DNA from: an uncultured delta proteobacterium
GTDB lineage: Bacteria > Desulfobacterota > Desulfomonilia > UBA1062
Direction: 5' to 3'
DNA length: 64,000 bases
Assembly: GCA_963798485.1 (NCBI GenBank)
Contig: CAWCTR010000020.1
Location: 41,361-105,360, forward strand
Each line of letters opens with the position of its first letter. Within the stretch, counting starts at the first letter, position 1. This document shows, in pieces, positions 1-10,212 of this stretch. Below the pieces are notes generated by a model that was not told the origin of the DNA, did not search any database, and was given only the letters and a program-made list of their open reading frames with translations. The translations under genes and the position numbers were made by a program.

Positions 1-1
1 T

Positions 2-139
2 GACCTCATCAAGACAGACCCGGAGGTGAACCCGGATCAGGACGGTATCCTCACCTGGGTCATCGACATGGAGCCGAAGCAGAAAAAGAAGGCTGTTTTC
101 ACGTTCTCCATCATCGGGAATGCCCATGACATAAAGTGA
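2..139 (+). CDS. 3' end of a gene entering the window, DUF4139/MuiA-like C-terminus
   Basis: Open frame DLIKTDPEVNPDQDGILTWVIDMEPKQKKKAVFTFSII ending at TGA 137-139; G-x-L-T-W pattern resembles DUF4139 C-termini. Confidence 0.5.
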   Translation, partial: DLIKTDPEVNPDQDGILTWVIDMEPKQKKKAVFTFSIIGNAHDIK

Positions 140-194
140 TTTGAGGGATATGAATGAACCGTAAACGTTGGGACTAGGCCTTATACGGAGGCGG

Positions 195-842
195 TTAGAA
201 ATCGCATATCAACTTATCCGCCTTTCCCTTAAGTATTTGCGCCTCTGCCTTCTGTCCTATGCGATCCAGCAAGTCGGTGGTTCGCAGGGAGGGAATTTCA
301 TATTCCGGATGGAGTCGGGCGGCGAGCTCGAAGGTTTGTATTGCTTCCATCACCTTTCCCCTTTTCACATACTGTTCCCCGAGCATAATCCAAGCCTTCA
401 GGGAATCGGGCTTGAGCTGCAATGCCTTCTGCAGCCGGGATATCAGATCGGTCGCAATCGTAGCGCTGAAAAGATACGGCAGGTAATTCCCCGGCTCAAG
501 CCCTGCCGCCTCTTCAAAGTACCGGTTGGCTTGAACCGGATCATTCCGGACTTGCATAAGGACCAAACCGTCATGGAGTAAAAGCTCGAAGCGAGATGAT
601 CGGAGCTGAAGATGTCGATCGAGAACATCTGCTCCTTCTGCTCTCGACCATTTTTCAAAAAAGTCGTGGCCCGATCCGGCTGCAGAGTCCGGAAACGGAT
701 CGCAACCATAGAACTCCAGACGCTCCCGGACATGGTCTTTCTGCATACGGTTCTGCCGGACATACGAACGTGCAATCCGCGCAAGCTTTCTATCTGAGCA
801 ATAAGAGCAGGTTTCGTCATCAGTTGGGATTGATTTTCTCAT
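195..842 (-). CDS. Tetratricopeptide-repeat protein
   Basis: TPR-like helices (LQKALQLKPDSLKAWIMLGEQY; EAIQTFELAARLHPEY); start uncertain. Confidence 0.6.
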   Translation of the reverse strand: MRKSIPTDDETCSYCSDRKLARIARSYVRQNRMQKDHVRERLEFYGCDPFPDSAAGSGHDFFEKWSRAEGADVLDRHLQLRSSRFELLLHDGLVLMQVRNDPVQANRYFEEAAGLEPGNYLPYLFSATIATDLISRLQKALQLKPDSLKAWIMLGEQYVKRGKVMEAIQTFELAARLHPEYEIPSLRTTDLLDRIGQKAEAQILKGKADKLICDF

Positions 843-867
843 GTACTGATTTGAGAGAGTAAATATT

Positions 868-944
868 TGGTCGGGACGAGAGGATTTGAACCTCCGACCC
901 CCTGAACCCCATTCAGGTGCGCTACCGGACTGCGCTACGTCCCG
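868..944 (-). tRNA. tRNA-Pro(GGG)
   Basis: Reverse complement CGGGACGTAGCGCAGTCCGGTAGCGCA-CCTGA-AT-GGG-GT-TCAGG...GGTTCAAATCC...CCCGACCA folds as a cloverleaf with encoded CCA. Confidence 0.96.
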
Positions 945-1059
945 AAACCGCCATTCTTGCTAGCACAGCCATCTTTGGGGTGTCAAGGACAAGGCGATTT
1001 ATTTGGCTTGCAGCTTACGGTGCCGGGCAGAGGGCAAAGACCTCGAACCCTTATGAGCC

Positions 1060-2265
1060 CTATGTCTTTGGCTTTGCGCCCCGCTTGGTTGTTTGAGCGA
1101 CATCCAGCTGCCTGGAGAAGTAGTATCTCATGACCTGCCGGGAGAGTGTGTCTGCCTCAATCCAGAAATATCCGTTGCGAATGAGCAGGCATCCGATGGT
1201 GATGGCCTCGTTGTTGGTGCGGTTCTGTGCATACCCGACAAACCAGTTTCTCCGACCCTGTGGCTCGTTTCCATCAATACTGCCGCTCTTGGCGCCGATG
1301 GTGAGATCTCTCAGGACCCTGTCCGATCCGATATGTCTGAAGGCCTTGGCAACCGTACCGCACCTGGCCGTTCGTTCCATCATGAAGGCAAGGTTACGAG
1401 CTGCTCCCTCACTCATGGCCTGTATACGCTCCTCATCCTCGGACCTGACGAGCCGGGGGGTGACCATAGAGCCTTTATTCACTGCCGAGCTCACCATCTG
1501 TGCAGCATGAACCGGCGATATTTTTGTCTGTCTGTTGAATCCGCAAGCAAGCTCAGCAAGGTTGTATTCACTCTGGGGGAAAAAAATGGTACTCGGTATG
1601 CACTCGATCTCTTTAAGTGGTGACTTCCAAAAACCAAGTTTCATGGCTGTCAGGTAGATAGGGGCCTCTCCGAGATGGAGCATGCCGATCTTGGCAAAGA
1701 CCACATTATTGGAGTGTGCAAATGCATCAGCCAGGGTAATATCGGCGGTCCACCGGTCTTTCCTGTCCTTGAGCTGGTTCTTGTAGAGGGTATGGGCATT
1801 GCCTGTATATGAAAAAACGCTATTGCTGTTATAACCTCCCTGATCCATTGCAGCCACAGCAGTTACCAGCTTGAAGATGCTCGCCGCATGATTCGTATCC
1901 AGGCAGATGCTGCAATCCTGTCCGGAGGGTTTCTTGCCATACATGGCAAGGATGTCCCCGGTACGGGCGTCCATGACCACGATTGCACCGTAATAGACTT
2001 TGTACTTGACAGCTTCCTCGGCGATAAACTGCTGGAGGCCCCAATTGATAGTCAGATTCTGCCTTTTGATGACGTCCTGATCAATATAGGCGAGATCCTT
2101 TTTAGAAAGCGCGGCCTTCTTTTCCTTCACCGGAACCATCTCCGCCCCCCCTTTGTTGCCGGGCATGAAAAAGAGAGATCCGATGATCAACAGGAAGGGC
2201 AACAGGAGATAGCGAAGGCGTAGGTACCTCCGTTTTTCCCTCTTCGGCAGAGGATATTCGTCCAT
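1060..2265 (-). CDS. Penicillin-binding protein (single TM helix plus transpeptidase domain)
   Basis: SxxK (ASIFK), SxN (HSNN) and KSG motifs; likely start at MDEYPLP (2265) because the longer ORF overlaps pheA. Confidence 0.8.
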   Translation of the reverse strand: MDEYPLPKREKRRYLRLRYLLLPFLLIIGSLFFMPGNKGGAEMVPVKEKKAALSKKDLAYIDQDVIKRQNLTINWGLQQFIAEEAVKYKVYYGAIVVMDARTGDILAMYGKKPSGQDCSICLDTNHAASIFKLVTAVAAMDQGGYNSNSVFSYTGNAHTLYKNQLKDRKDRWTADITLADAFAHSNNVVFAKIGMLHLGEAPIYLTAMKLGFWKSPLKEIECIPSTIFFPQSEYNLAELACGFNRQTKISPVHAAQMVSSAVNKGSMVTPRLVRSEDEERIQAMSEGAARNLAFMMERTARCGTVAKAFRHIGSDRVLRDLTIGAKSGSIDGNEPQGRRNWFVGYAQNRTNNEAITIGCLLIRNGYFWIEADTLSRQVMRYYFSRQLDVAQTTKRGAKPKT

Positions 2266-2491
2266 TGGAAATTGTCTTATCATTATATATCTTATTTCGG
2301 CATATTGCACAGAGATATGATAGATGTCAATATTCACGGCATCACCACAAGACTCTCCCTTGATAAACCTTGTACCTTCTGATAGTCTTTTGGGCTCATC
2401 TGCATATGAATCGTATGTGAAAATAGGAAAGTGTGCGATGTATTGTACGGATTCCCCAGGTAGGGCCATGAATGAGGCGTAAGAAATATCT

Positions 2492-3568
2492 ATGAAGAAT
2501 GAAATAGAAGATATCAGGGCCAAAATCGACGCCATTGACGACAAGATCCTCAAACTCCTCCAGGGCCGATCTATGCTGTCCGTGGAGATGGGAAAGATCA
2601 AGCGTGCGGAGAATAAAGTCATTTTTGATCCATCGAGAGAAGAAGAGATAATCAGCCGCATTGATGGGAAATGTGAAGCACCACTGACCAGGCCTATGGT
2701 AGAGGGCATCTTTCGCGAGATATTCAGCGCCTCCCGATCTCTCCAACTGCGACAGAAGGTGGCCTATCTTGGTCCGGAAGGAAGCTTCTCGCACCAGGCG
2801 GCCTTCAGCGTATTTTCACTTGACGGTGACCTCATACCATTCAAGGACATAGAAAAGGTCATCCAGTCTGTTGCCTCATCGAGGGTGGATATCGGCGTAG
2901 TGCCTGTGGAAAATTCCACAGAGGGTATGATCAACCGCACTTTGGATATGATGGCAACTACCCGGCTTTGTGTAATCCAGGAGTTCATGCTTCCCATTCG
3001 GAACTGTCTGCTCGCCAATATTCCCAAAGAAAATATTCGCAAGGTGTTCTCACATCCCCAGCCGCTTGCCCAGTGCAGGGTGTGGCTCTCATCAAACCTG
3101 CCCCAGGCGGAGATCATCGAGACCACGAGCACCTCGGAGGCTGCAATGGCTGCACGGTCTCACGAGGATGGGGCTGCTGTTGCTTCGTCAATGGCCGCAG
3201 AGCTGTATGGGCTTTCCATCTTTGCCGAGAATATCAATGATTTCCGAGAGAACATTACACGGTTCTGGGTAGTCGCCCGTACGGCCGCACCGATATCCGG
3301 CAATGCAAAGACATCCATTATCGTCACCCTCGATAACCGACCCGGCGCCTTATATAACGCGCTGGGCGTGTTCGCGCGAAAGGGGATCAACCTCACCAAG
3401 ATCGAGTCGCGGCCTTCAATGAAGAGCCCATGGGAATACCTGTTCTTCATCGACTTCCAAGGGAATCTCATGGATGAAAATGTAAAGACGACTATTGAAG
3501 CGATTAAAGAATTCACCAGGGATGTGATCATCCTGGGTTCCTATCCTGAAGGGAGAACGCTTCCATGA
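2492..3568 (+). CDS. pheA: Chorismate mutase/prephenate dehydratase (P-protein)
   Basis: N-terminal CM domain (IRAKIDAIDDKIL), YLGPEGSFS, PVENSTEG, NITRF, ACT domain with LTKIESRP. Confidence 0.95.
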   Translation: MKNEIEDIRAKIDAIDDKILKLLQGRSMLSVEMGKIKRAENKVIFDPSREEEIISRIDGKCEAPLTRPMVEGIFREIFSASRSLQLRQKVAYLGPEGSFSHQAAFSVFSLDGDLIPFKDIEKVIQSVASSRVDIGVVPVENSTEGMINRTLDMMATTRLCVIQEFMLPIRNCLLANIPKENIRKVFSHPQPLAQCRVWLSSNLPQAEIIETTSTSEAAMAARSHEDGAAVASSMAAELYGLSIFAENINDFRENITRFWVVARTAAPISGNAKTSIIVTLDNRPGALYNALGVFARKGINLTKIESRPSMKSPWEYLFFIDFQGNLMDENVKTTIEAIKEFTRDVIILGSYPEGRTLP

Positions 3569-4653
3569 AGACTGTGGAGCCCAATGAGTGGGTCTTCACC
3601 ATCCCTGAATATGTTCCCGGCAGGTCAAAGGAAGAGATCACCAGACAGTACGGCGCTGCAAATCCCATTAAACTTGCATCCAACGAAAACCCGTTGGGTG
3701 CAAGCCCCAAGGCCCTTGACGCCATCAGAGAGGCCATGGCGGCCTCCCACCTTTACCCGGACCCTGATTCAAGAAATCTTCGAACAGCAGCGGCGCGATT
3801 CTTTGGCTGCACGCTCGAAGACATCGTAGCCGGGAATGGCTCGGATGAAATAATCGACCTCATCTGCCGGGCATATCTGAAGCCGGGGGATGAGGTGATT
3901 ATCCCATCGTGCACCTTCAGTTATTATCGCATCGCCTCTTTGGCATGCGGCGCTCACGTAGTCGCCTCCACCATGAAGGATCATTGTATAGATATAACCG
4001 CCATTGAGGCTGCCTTAAGCCCCAAGACCAAGGTCATCTTTATTGCAAACCCCAACAATCCCACAGGTACGTATCTCAAGGGAGTTGAGCTCGTGAGCCT
4101 TGTCAATGCCATACCGGAAAATGTCCTTTTAGTCATTGATGAGGCTTATGGGGCCTTTGCAAGGGCAAATGATTACCTGAGCGCCATATCTCTCACAAAA
4201 AGCACATCAAACCTTATTACTATCCATACCCTTTCAAAATCCCATGGACTTGCAGGTCTCAGGGTGGGATTCGGTATTGCATCAAAGGCAATCCTTAACG
4301 CTATGCTCCGCATCAAGCCTCCGTTCAATGTGAACATCCTTGCTCAAAAGGCGGGAAAGGCGGCACTGAACGACGATGCCTTCTTCAAGAAGACCCTTTC
4401 TCATACCTGGGACAGCCTGGATACTTTTTATGCTGCTTTCGAAAGACTCGGCTTATCATATATCAGGTCGCAGACAAACTTCGTCCTGGTGCATATCGGC
4501 AAGGATTCACCCAGGGTCTATGAGGATCTTTTAAAAAGGGGCATCATTACCCGCTACATTGCAAACATCGGGCTTGACGAGTATCTCCGGGTAAGCATCG
4601 GGTTGCCCGGGGAAAACAATGCATTCATTGAAGCCCTTGAAGAGGTCTTATGA
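3565..4653 (+). CDS. hisC: Histidinol-phosphate aminotransferase
   Basis: KLASNENPLG, NPNNPTG, DEAY, TLSKSHGLAGLRVG; ATGA overlap with pheA. Confidence 0.93.
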   Translation: MKTVEPNEWVFTIPEYVPGRSKEEITRQYGAANPIKLASNENPLGASPKALDAIREAMAASHLYPDPDSRNLRTAAARFFGCTLEDIVAGNGSDEIIDLICRAYLKPGDEVIIPSCTFSYYRIASLACGAHVVASTMKDHCIDITAIEAALSPKTKVIFIANPNNPTGTYLKGVELVSLVNAIPENVLLVIDEAYGAFARANDYLSAISLTKSTSNLITIHTLSKSHGLAGLRVGFGIASKAILNAMLRIKPPFNVNILAQKAGKAALNDDAFFKKTLSHTWDSLDTFYAAFERLGLSYIRSQTNFVLVHIGKDSPRVYEDLLKRGIITRYIANIGLDEYLRVSIGLPGENNAFIEALEEVL

Positions 4654-5477
4654 AGGTAACGATCATAGGCCTCGGGCTCATTGGTGCATCCATCGCGAAG
4701 GTCCTTCAAGGCACCACCCATATCACAGGCATCGACATGAGCAGCCGGGTTATACGGCAGGCACTTGAAGAGGGCGTGATATCAGATGGCGGTACCGACA
4801 TGGCTATAGCCTCGGGGAGCGACCTGGTGATTATCGCCGTGCCGGTAGGAAGCATAGTGGATGAAGCATTAAGGGTGATCAGATATATCGACGAGAATAC
4901 TGTCCTGACCGATACAGGTTCCACAAAGGCCACCATCGTCTGTCGCATTGACAAGGTCTTCCCCTCGTTCGTGGGATCCCATCCCATAGCAGGCAAGGAA
5001 AATCCGGGTTATACCTATAGCCAGGCTGACCTGTTCAAGGATGCTATGACCATTATCACCCCGTCGGCATCAACACGTCAGGGGTGCATCGCTAAGGTTA
5101 AGCAACTGTGGGAGACATGCAACTCCAGAACCCATATCATGGACCCTGTGAAACACGACCAGCTCATGGCCATCATCAGCCATATGCCCCACCTTTTGAG
5201 CTATGCATCCATGAGCATGGCAGGCGATCTTCATATACACAAACAACTCTTGGGCGCCGGTTTCCGGGACTTCACCCGCATTGCCGCCTCAGACCCCCTC
5301 ATGTGGAGGGATATCTTCCTGGAAAATAAGGATAATATCCTGCCCCTGATAGATAAATACTTAGAAGAGCTGAAGTTCATCAGGACCCTCATTGAAGAGG
5401 GAAAGACCAAAGACCTGGAAAAAGCATTATCATCTTACGCACAGATCAAGAGAGGTTTGTATGTCAATTCACGGTGA
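4650..5477 (+). CDS. tyrA: Prephenate/arogenate dehydrogenase
   Basis: GLGLIG Rossmann motif, DTGSTK, HPIAGKE, HD...SHMPH, GFRDFTRIA. Confidence 0.92.
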   Translation: MKVTIIGLGLIGASIAKVLQGTTHITGIDMSSRVIRQALEEGVISDGGTDMAIASGSDLVIIAVPVGSIVDEALRVIRYIDENTVLTDTGSTKATIVCRIDKVFPSFVGSHPIAGKENPGYTYSQADLFKDAMTIITPSASTRQGCIAKVKQLWETCNSRTHIMDPVKHDQLMAIISHMPHLLSYASMSMAGDLHIHKQLLGAGFRDFTRIAASDPLMWRDIFLENKDNILPLIDKYLEELKFIRTLIEEGKTKDLEKALSSYAQIKRGLYVNSR

Positions 5478-6705
5478 GATCACCCCTCCCCCGGACAAAT
5501 CCATTTCTCACAGGGCCTTCATGCTTGGAGCCCTGGCTGACGGTACTACTACCATAAGGAATTCCCTGAATTCAGAAGATATCAAGAGTACACGATCCGC
5601 CCTTGCTGCACTTGGTGTTGATATTCAAAAGGATGGAGACATATACCGGGTAAAAGGATCACAGATCAAGGAACCGATCCAGGTCATTGATGCCGGCAAT
5701 TCCGGGACCACAGCCAGGCTCATATGCGGCATCCTTGCCGGGCTGGACGGCATAATCACCCTCACAGGGGACAGCTCGCTTGTCCAGCGTCCCATGGCCC
5801 GTGTTATCAAGCCGTTAGAGCTTATGGGAGCGCGTTTTATGGCCCGCAAGGGCGGGTATCTGCCCCTGTCTATTAAGGGCGGCAGTCTAAGGGGGATCTT
5901 CCATCCCATGGAGATATCTTCCGCCCAGGTGAAGTCCGCCCTGCTTCTCGCCGGATTAAAGGCCGACGGACAGACCACCGTGAACGAGCCGTCACCAAGC
6001 CGTGATCACACTGAACGCATGCTTGGATACTTCGGGGCGACCTTGAGCCTCAGCCAGAAATCCGTGACTATAAAGGGCGGCCAGAAACTTGAGGCGCGTG
6101 ACATCATTGTCCCTGGAGATCCATCATCCGCTGCCTTCCCGATAGTATGGGCAGCCGCCGTGCCCGGCTCGGAGATTATTGTACGTGATGTATGTTTAAA
6201 TACAACCCGAACAGGATTTCTTGCAGTACTTGAGCGGATGGGTGCTCAGATCGAGAGGGGCAACGTACAGGTCAGGGCCGGAGAGCCGGTGGGTGATCTC
6301 ATAATACGTGGCTCCGAGCTCAAGGGCACTACTATAGCCGGTGATGAAATCCCCTCCCTGATCGACGAGATCCCCATCCTGGTAGCGGCTGCCGCACTGG
6401 CCTCAGGCACCACGGTCATCACTGATGCCAAGGAACTGCGGGTGAAGGAAACAGACCGCATTACCGCCATGGCGCAGGGCTTGTCACGGCTCGGCGCACA
6501 TGTTGAGGAACTCGACGACGGTCTCATTGTCAAGGGACTCTCACAACTGTCCGCAGGCAACATCTCAACATTCTCCGATCATCGGATCGCCATGTCGTTC
6601 TTCATCCTTTCCAGGGCTTCGGGAATTGACATCCGCCTCGATAACTCTGAGTGCGTGAATATCTCATATCCCACATTCTTCACGGACATGGAGAGGCTGA
6701 AATGA
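5461..6705 (+). CDS. aroA: 3-phosphoshikimate 1-carboxyvinyltransferase (EPSP synthase)
   Basis: DKSISHR, GNSGTT, SAQVKS, RDHTE, ELRVKETDR, DHRIAM; start at MSIHGE (5461). Confidence 0.96.
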   Translation: MSIHGEITPPPDKSISHRAFMLGALADGTTTIRNSLNSEDIKSTRSALAALGVDIQKDGDIYRVKGSQIKEPIQVIDAGNSGTTARLICGILAGLDGIITLTGDSSLVQRPMARVIKPLELMGARFMARKGGYLPLSIKGGSLRGIFHPMEISSAQVKSALLLAGLKADGQTTVNEPSPSRDHTERMLGYFGATLSLSQKSVTIKGGQKLEARDIIVPGDPSSAAFPIVWAAAVPGSEIIVRDVCLNTTRTGFLAVLERMGAQIERGNVQVRAGEPVGDLIIRGSELKGTTIAGDEIPSLIDEIPILVAAAALASGTTVITDAKELRVKETDRITAMAQGLSRLGAHVEELDDGLIVKGLSQLSAGNISTFSDHRIAMSFFILSRASGIDIRLDNSECVNISYPTFFTDMERLK

Positions 6706-7364
6706 CTTACCGCACCATTACCATAGACGGACCTGCAGGGAGCGGAAAATCAAGTGTTGCAAAAGAAATAGCGAGAAGACTCAAATACACGTTTCTTGAT
6801 ACAGGCGCCATATACCGCGCCGCTGCTGTCGTCGTTGAAACGGCAGGCTGTGATATTCACGATGACAAAGAATGCGCCTCTGTCCTTGCAAAAGCTGACC
6901 TCAGGATAACAGCAGGGAAGACCTTTGCAAACGGTAGAGAGGTGACTGATGAGATCCGGTCTCACCATATCAGTGAGTTGGCCTCGGCAATTGCAGCTTA
7001 TCCTTCCGTACGAGAGGAATTGCTTGGTATACAAAGGGCCTTCAAGGGAAACACCTCTCTGGTAGCAGAGGGAAGAGATACGGGAACAGCGGTATTCCCC
7101 GATGCCGACATTAAATTCTATCTGGATGCCACACCCGAGGAACGGGCCAGGCGCAGACACGCTGAATCTGCAAGCAAGGGCATTGATATACCAATAGGGC
7201 AGGTCCTGCTTGATTTAAAACGGCGCGATAAACGCGACTGCACGAGGACGGCCTCACCATTGACTATACCTGAGAACTCATTTGTGGTCGATACGACACA
7301 CCTAAATTTTGAAGAGGTAGTTGAGAAGATCCTCTTAATTATTAATGAGAGGTTAACCGATTAG
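6702..7364 (+). CDS. cmk: Cytidylate kinase
   Basis: IDGPAGSGKSS, LDTGAIYR, EGRDTGT; ATGA overlap with aroA. Confidence 0.95.
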   Translation: MTYRTITIDGPAGSGKSSVAKEIARRLKYTFLDTGAIYRAAAVVVETAGCDIHDDKECASVLAKADLRITAGKTFANGREVTDEIRSHHISELASAIAAYPSVREELLGIQRAFKGNTSLVAEGRDTGTAVFPDADIKFYLDATPEERARRRHAESASKGIDIPIGQVLLDLKRRDKRDCTRTASPLTIPENSFVVDTTHLNFEEVVEKILLIINERLTD

Positions 7365-7583
7365 GAGTCGGTCCTGCTTGCCTGAATCCTCCAAAGTGGC
7401 ATCTTTACGCATCTCTAACGCCATATGGTCAAGAATCTCTCTTGAAAAATTTATAACATCCTTGTTTGTGAAACCATTACGGATGAGTTCCTTGTAAAGG
7501 CTCTTAGCAAGGATCTTAGTAGCCCTCGTCGTATCCATATTTTTCAAAATAATATCAAGATTACCCTTTGAGTTCATATTCAA
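7353..7583 (-). CDS. Small hypothetical helical protein
   Basis: 76-aa ORF with AGAGAGG RBS-like sequence and an upstream sigma54-type promoter. Confidence 0.65.
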   Translation of the reverse strand: MNMNSKGNLDIILKNMDTTRATKILAKSLYKELIRNGFTNKDVINFSREILDHMALEMRKDATLEDSGKQDRLLIG

Positions 7584-7608
7584 TCCTCTCTCACTTGACC
7601 CATATTAA

Positions 7609-7624
7609 TGCATCCACCATGCCA
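7609..7624 (-). promoter_or_regulatory. Sigma54 (-24/-12) promoter
   Basis: Minus strand TGGCATG-GTGG-ATGCA versus consensus TGGCACG-N4-TTGCW, with exact GG/GC spacing, 26 bp upstream of the small ORF. Confidence 0.6.
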
Positions 7625-7801
7625 AGTATGATAATTGTTAATTTAACGTTAATATATCAATGGTTGCTTGTTCAATTGCTTAAGCTTCCTTAACTTTGCT
7701 GTGGAAATTTTGCAATAGGTGAATAGCTGTTCATACTGTGCATATCCTCCCCAGGCCGATCTAGAGAGACTTCACTTCTGCTGATGAAAAACCACACAAC
7801 C

Positions 7802-9088
7802 CTAAAAGATCTCACTGGTCAGAGTCAACTGATCGCTGTTGGCTTTGGTCTTGGGCCTGCGGTACCTCCTGCGCCTCTTTTTCTGGATCTTTCCCATGCC
7901 ATTGCTGAAAGGGAATTTCTCATTAAAGACAGCGGCAAAGGCACTCCCATCATGAACGATCCGACCCAGCGTAATAAGGGCAAACATCTCGTCCGCGTCT
8001 TTATAACTGGCCTTCTTCGCCAGGGACCATCTCATCCTTCCTGTCTGCATCGCAGACATCATCTGCTCCAGAATCTCCAGGGCATGGACCATATTCGACC
8101 TCAATGCCTTTGGAATGACCACGAGCACCTGTGAGCCGGCATACTCCTCGGTAAGCAGGTTCATCTTGTCTCTATAATTATGTCCTTTTTTATGAATAAT
8201 CCGGCAAGCCCAGGGCCAAAAGAACAAACCATATGACACAACCTGTGATGGAGGCTCTCCTCTCCTGAGCGCCCCATCGAGAATGTCCAGCAGTCTCAGA
8301 AACTCTTCCCTTACCTCTTGGGATTCTTCGACAATTTTTCCCACCTTACCCAGGATGATGGAAAGCAAGGAGCAGGCTGCCATCTTGCGAATAAAATCTC
8401 CGGCAAAACCGGAGGTAAGATCCTTGTTCAACTCTTCGTACAACCTGGAGCCGGAGCTCGCGGCCAGGAGATGCCGGTTCGTTTCAATGGCTTTGGCTGT
8501 TTCATGTTCAATAGTAAAACCTTGGCGAGAGGCATATCTGAGAACCCTCCACATCCTCACCGGGTCTTCAGAATATCGCACAGCCGGGTCACCTATGATG
8601 CAGACCCTCTTCTGCTTGATATCTTCAAGACCGCCTACATAATCGATGATCGAGAAGGTATTGATGTCATAGAACAAGGCATTGATGGTAATATCTCTCC
8701 GGAAGGCGTCTTCCTGAGGTGTGCCGAATGTGTTATTGTGATCAGACTCGGCCTCCTGGGTTGCCTCCGGCTCTTTCCTGAAGGTGGCTACCTCGATTAT
8801 CTTGTTACCCTTGAACCGGATGTGAGCCAAGCGGAAGCGTCTGCCAATGAGAAAGCAGTTGGCAAAAAGCTTTTTTATCTGGCCTGGCCTGGCATCGGTA
8901 GCAATATCGAAGTCCTTGGGCTTTTTGCCAAGGAGAAGATCACGGACTGCACCGCCTACCATAAATGCCTTGAATCCGTTGCGTGAAAGCCTGTAAAGCA
9001 CCTTCAATGCATCAGGATCGATCTCTCTGCGGGATATTTGGTGATAGGCCCTGGGTAGGGTGAACGGCTCTTTACTCTGTCTCTTCAT
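7802..9088 (-). CDS. pcnB: Poly(A) polymerase I
   Basis: VGGAVRDLLLG..PKDFDIAT, LIGRRFRLAHIRF (PAP signature), RRDITINAL, EDPVR, Arg-rich tail. Confidence 0.92.
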   Translation of the reverse strand: MKRQSKEPFTLPRAYHQISRREIDPDALKVLYRLSRNGFKAFMVGGAVRDLLLGKKPKDFDIATDARPGQIKKLFANCFLIGRRFRLAHIRFKGNKIIEVATFRKEPEATQEAESDHNNTFGTPQEDAFRRDITINALFYDINTFSIIDYVGGLEDIKQKRVCIIGDPAVRYSEDPVRMWRVLRYASRQGFTIEHETAKAIETNRHLLAASSGSRLYEELNKDLTSGFAGDFIRKMAACSLLSIILGKVGKIVEESQEVREEFLRLLDILDGALRRGEPPSQVVSYGLFFWPWACRIIHKKGHNYRDKMNLLTEEYAGSQVLVVIPKALRSNMVHALEILEQMMSAMQTGRMRWSLAKKASYKDADEMFALITLGRIVHDGSAFAAVFNEKFPFSNGMGKIQKKRRRRYRRPKTKANSDQLTLTSEIF

Positions 9089-9299
9089 TCTGGTTGTCTT
9101 CGTCCGGCCTTCCCTCTATGCGGTATGATTCACTTGCCCAGCCGATAAGGTCAAGGCCCTTACAGACCCTAGAACAAAACGGCCTGTAAGGGTTCCCATC
9201 AAAGGGTACTTCCTGTTTACAGGCAGGGCATCTGACCATCCTTTTCACAAGCTTATACTCATTCTCTTTTACCACATAGGGCTCATACTTTATTTTCAT
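9072..9299 (-). CDS. yacG: DNA gyrase inhibitor YacG
   Basis: CPAC...RPFCSRVC..LDL..WA; true start may be 9239 (MVRC). Confidence 0.85.
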   Translation of the reverse strand: MKIKYEPYVVKENEYKLVKRMVRCPACKQEVPFDGNPYRPFCSRVCKGLDLIGWASESYRIEGRPDEDNQNEETE

Positions 9300-9451
9300 A
9301 TTTAAAGTAAATTGTTTTGATTATTATATTTTACTCTTGAGTTCCCTACCCATTGTGTGAATTATCGGCAGGATTTTCTTTTAATAATTCCTATTGACTA
9401 AAACAATAAAAGAATGATTTGGTAATTACAAGTAAAACAACAGAAGATGCA

Positions 9452-10099
9452 ATGCTAAAAAAGATTAGAAGAAAACGCCAGATTTTACGCAACAGAACCG
9501 TCATCCTACGGTCTGCCCGAGAGCTCTTCCATAAAAAGGGTTTCTATGGAACCACCATGGAAGACATCGCCCAGCACTCGGGATTTGACAGAAGGACCAT
9601 TTATAATCACTTTAAAAACAAGGAAGATGTCTTTGCTGCATTGATATCCAGCATCCTGACGGATATTGATGCCGTCTTTAATGACGTATCCGCCGAGATC
9701 GGCTCTCCGCTGGATAAACTCAGGGGGCTTGTCTTAAGCCTTCTGGATCTGTACATCGATAATTCCCAGCTATTAAACATCTTCATGTCTGAATACGAGA
9801 CGAACGAGATCAAGAAGAGACAACACCTCTCTGTGTACACCCTCAAGAATATCAGCGCCTATAAAAAGATCGAGGCACGTCTCGTTGCTATGATTAAAGA
9901 CGCCCAGGAAGTAAACCTAGTGGTAAATGTCCATCCGTATATACTCGCGGGTATGCTTAATGAGCTGATATTAAGGAGCGTCATTGTCCTGCACAACCAG
10001 AAAAACGCCATACGCAAGAAAGATATCATCCACGATATCTTTGAGCTCCTTGGCAAGAACGTCATGAAGGCGCCTATTATATCCCCTGACAATGAATAG
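9452..10099 (+). CDS. TetR/AcrR family transcriptional regulator
   Basis: ILRSARELFHKKGFYGTTMEDIA...TIYNHFKNKED helix-turn-helix. Confidence 0.9.
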   Translation: MLKKIRRKRQILRNRTVILRSARELFHKKGFYGTTMEDIAQHSGFDRRTIYNHFKNKEDVFAALISSILTDIDAVFNDVSAEIGSPLDKLRGLVLSLLDLYIDNSQLLNIFMSEYETNEIKKRQHLSVYTLKNISAYKKIEARLVAMIKDAQEVNLVVNVHPYILAGMLNELILRSVIVLHNQKNAIRKKDIIHDIFELLGKNVMKAPIISPDNE

Positions 10100-10152
10100 A
10101 CCTTCTTCTTAATCCCCAATCCGAATACCTAAGTCATCATCCCTTGAACATA

Positions 10153-10186
10153 AAGAGAGGGGTGAGTTAAACCCTCACCCCTCTTC
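10153..10186. terminator. Hairpin between convergent tetR and groL, probable intrinsic terminator
   Basis: AGAGGGGTGAG-ttaaacc-CTCACCCCTCT inverted repeat. Confidence 0.65.
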
Positions 10187-10212
10187 GAGTTTGCTACGTA
10201 CAAGCCTTTTTG

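Noticed and set aside
2266-2709. N-terminal extension of the PBP ORF (549 aa)
   Set aside because: Overlaps pheA on the opposite strand; the TM anchor begins after codon ~150
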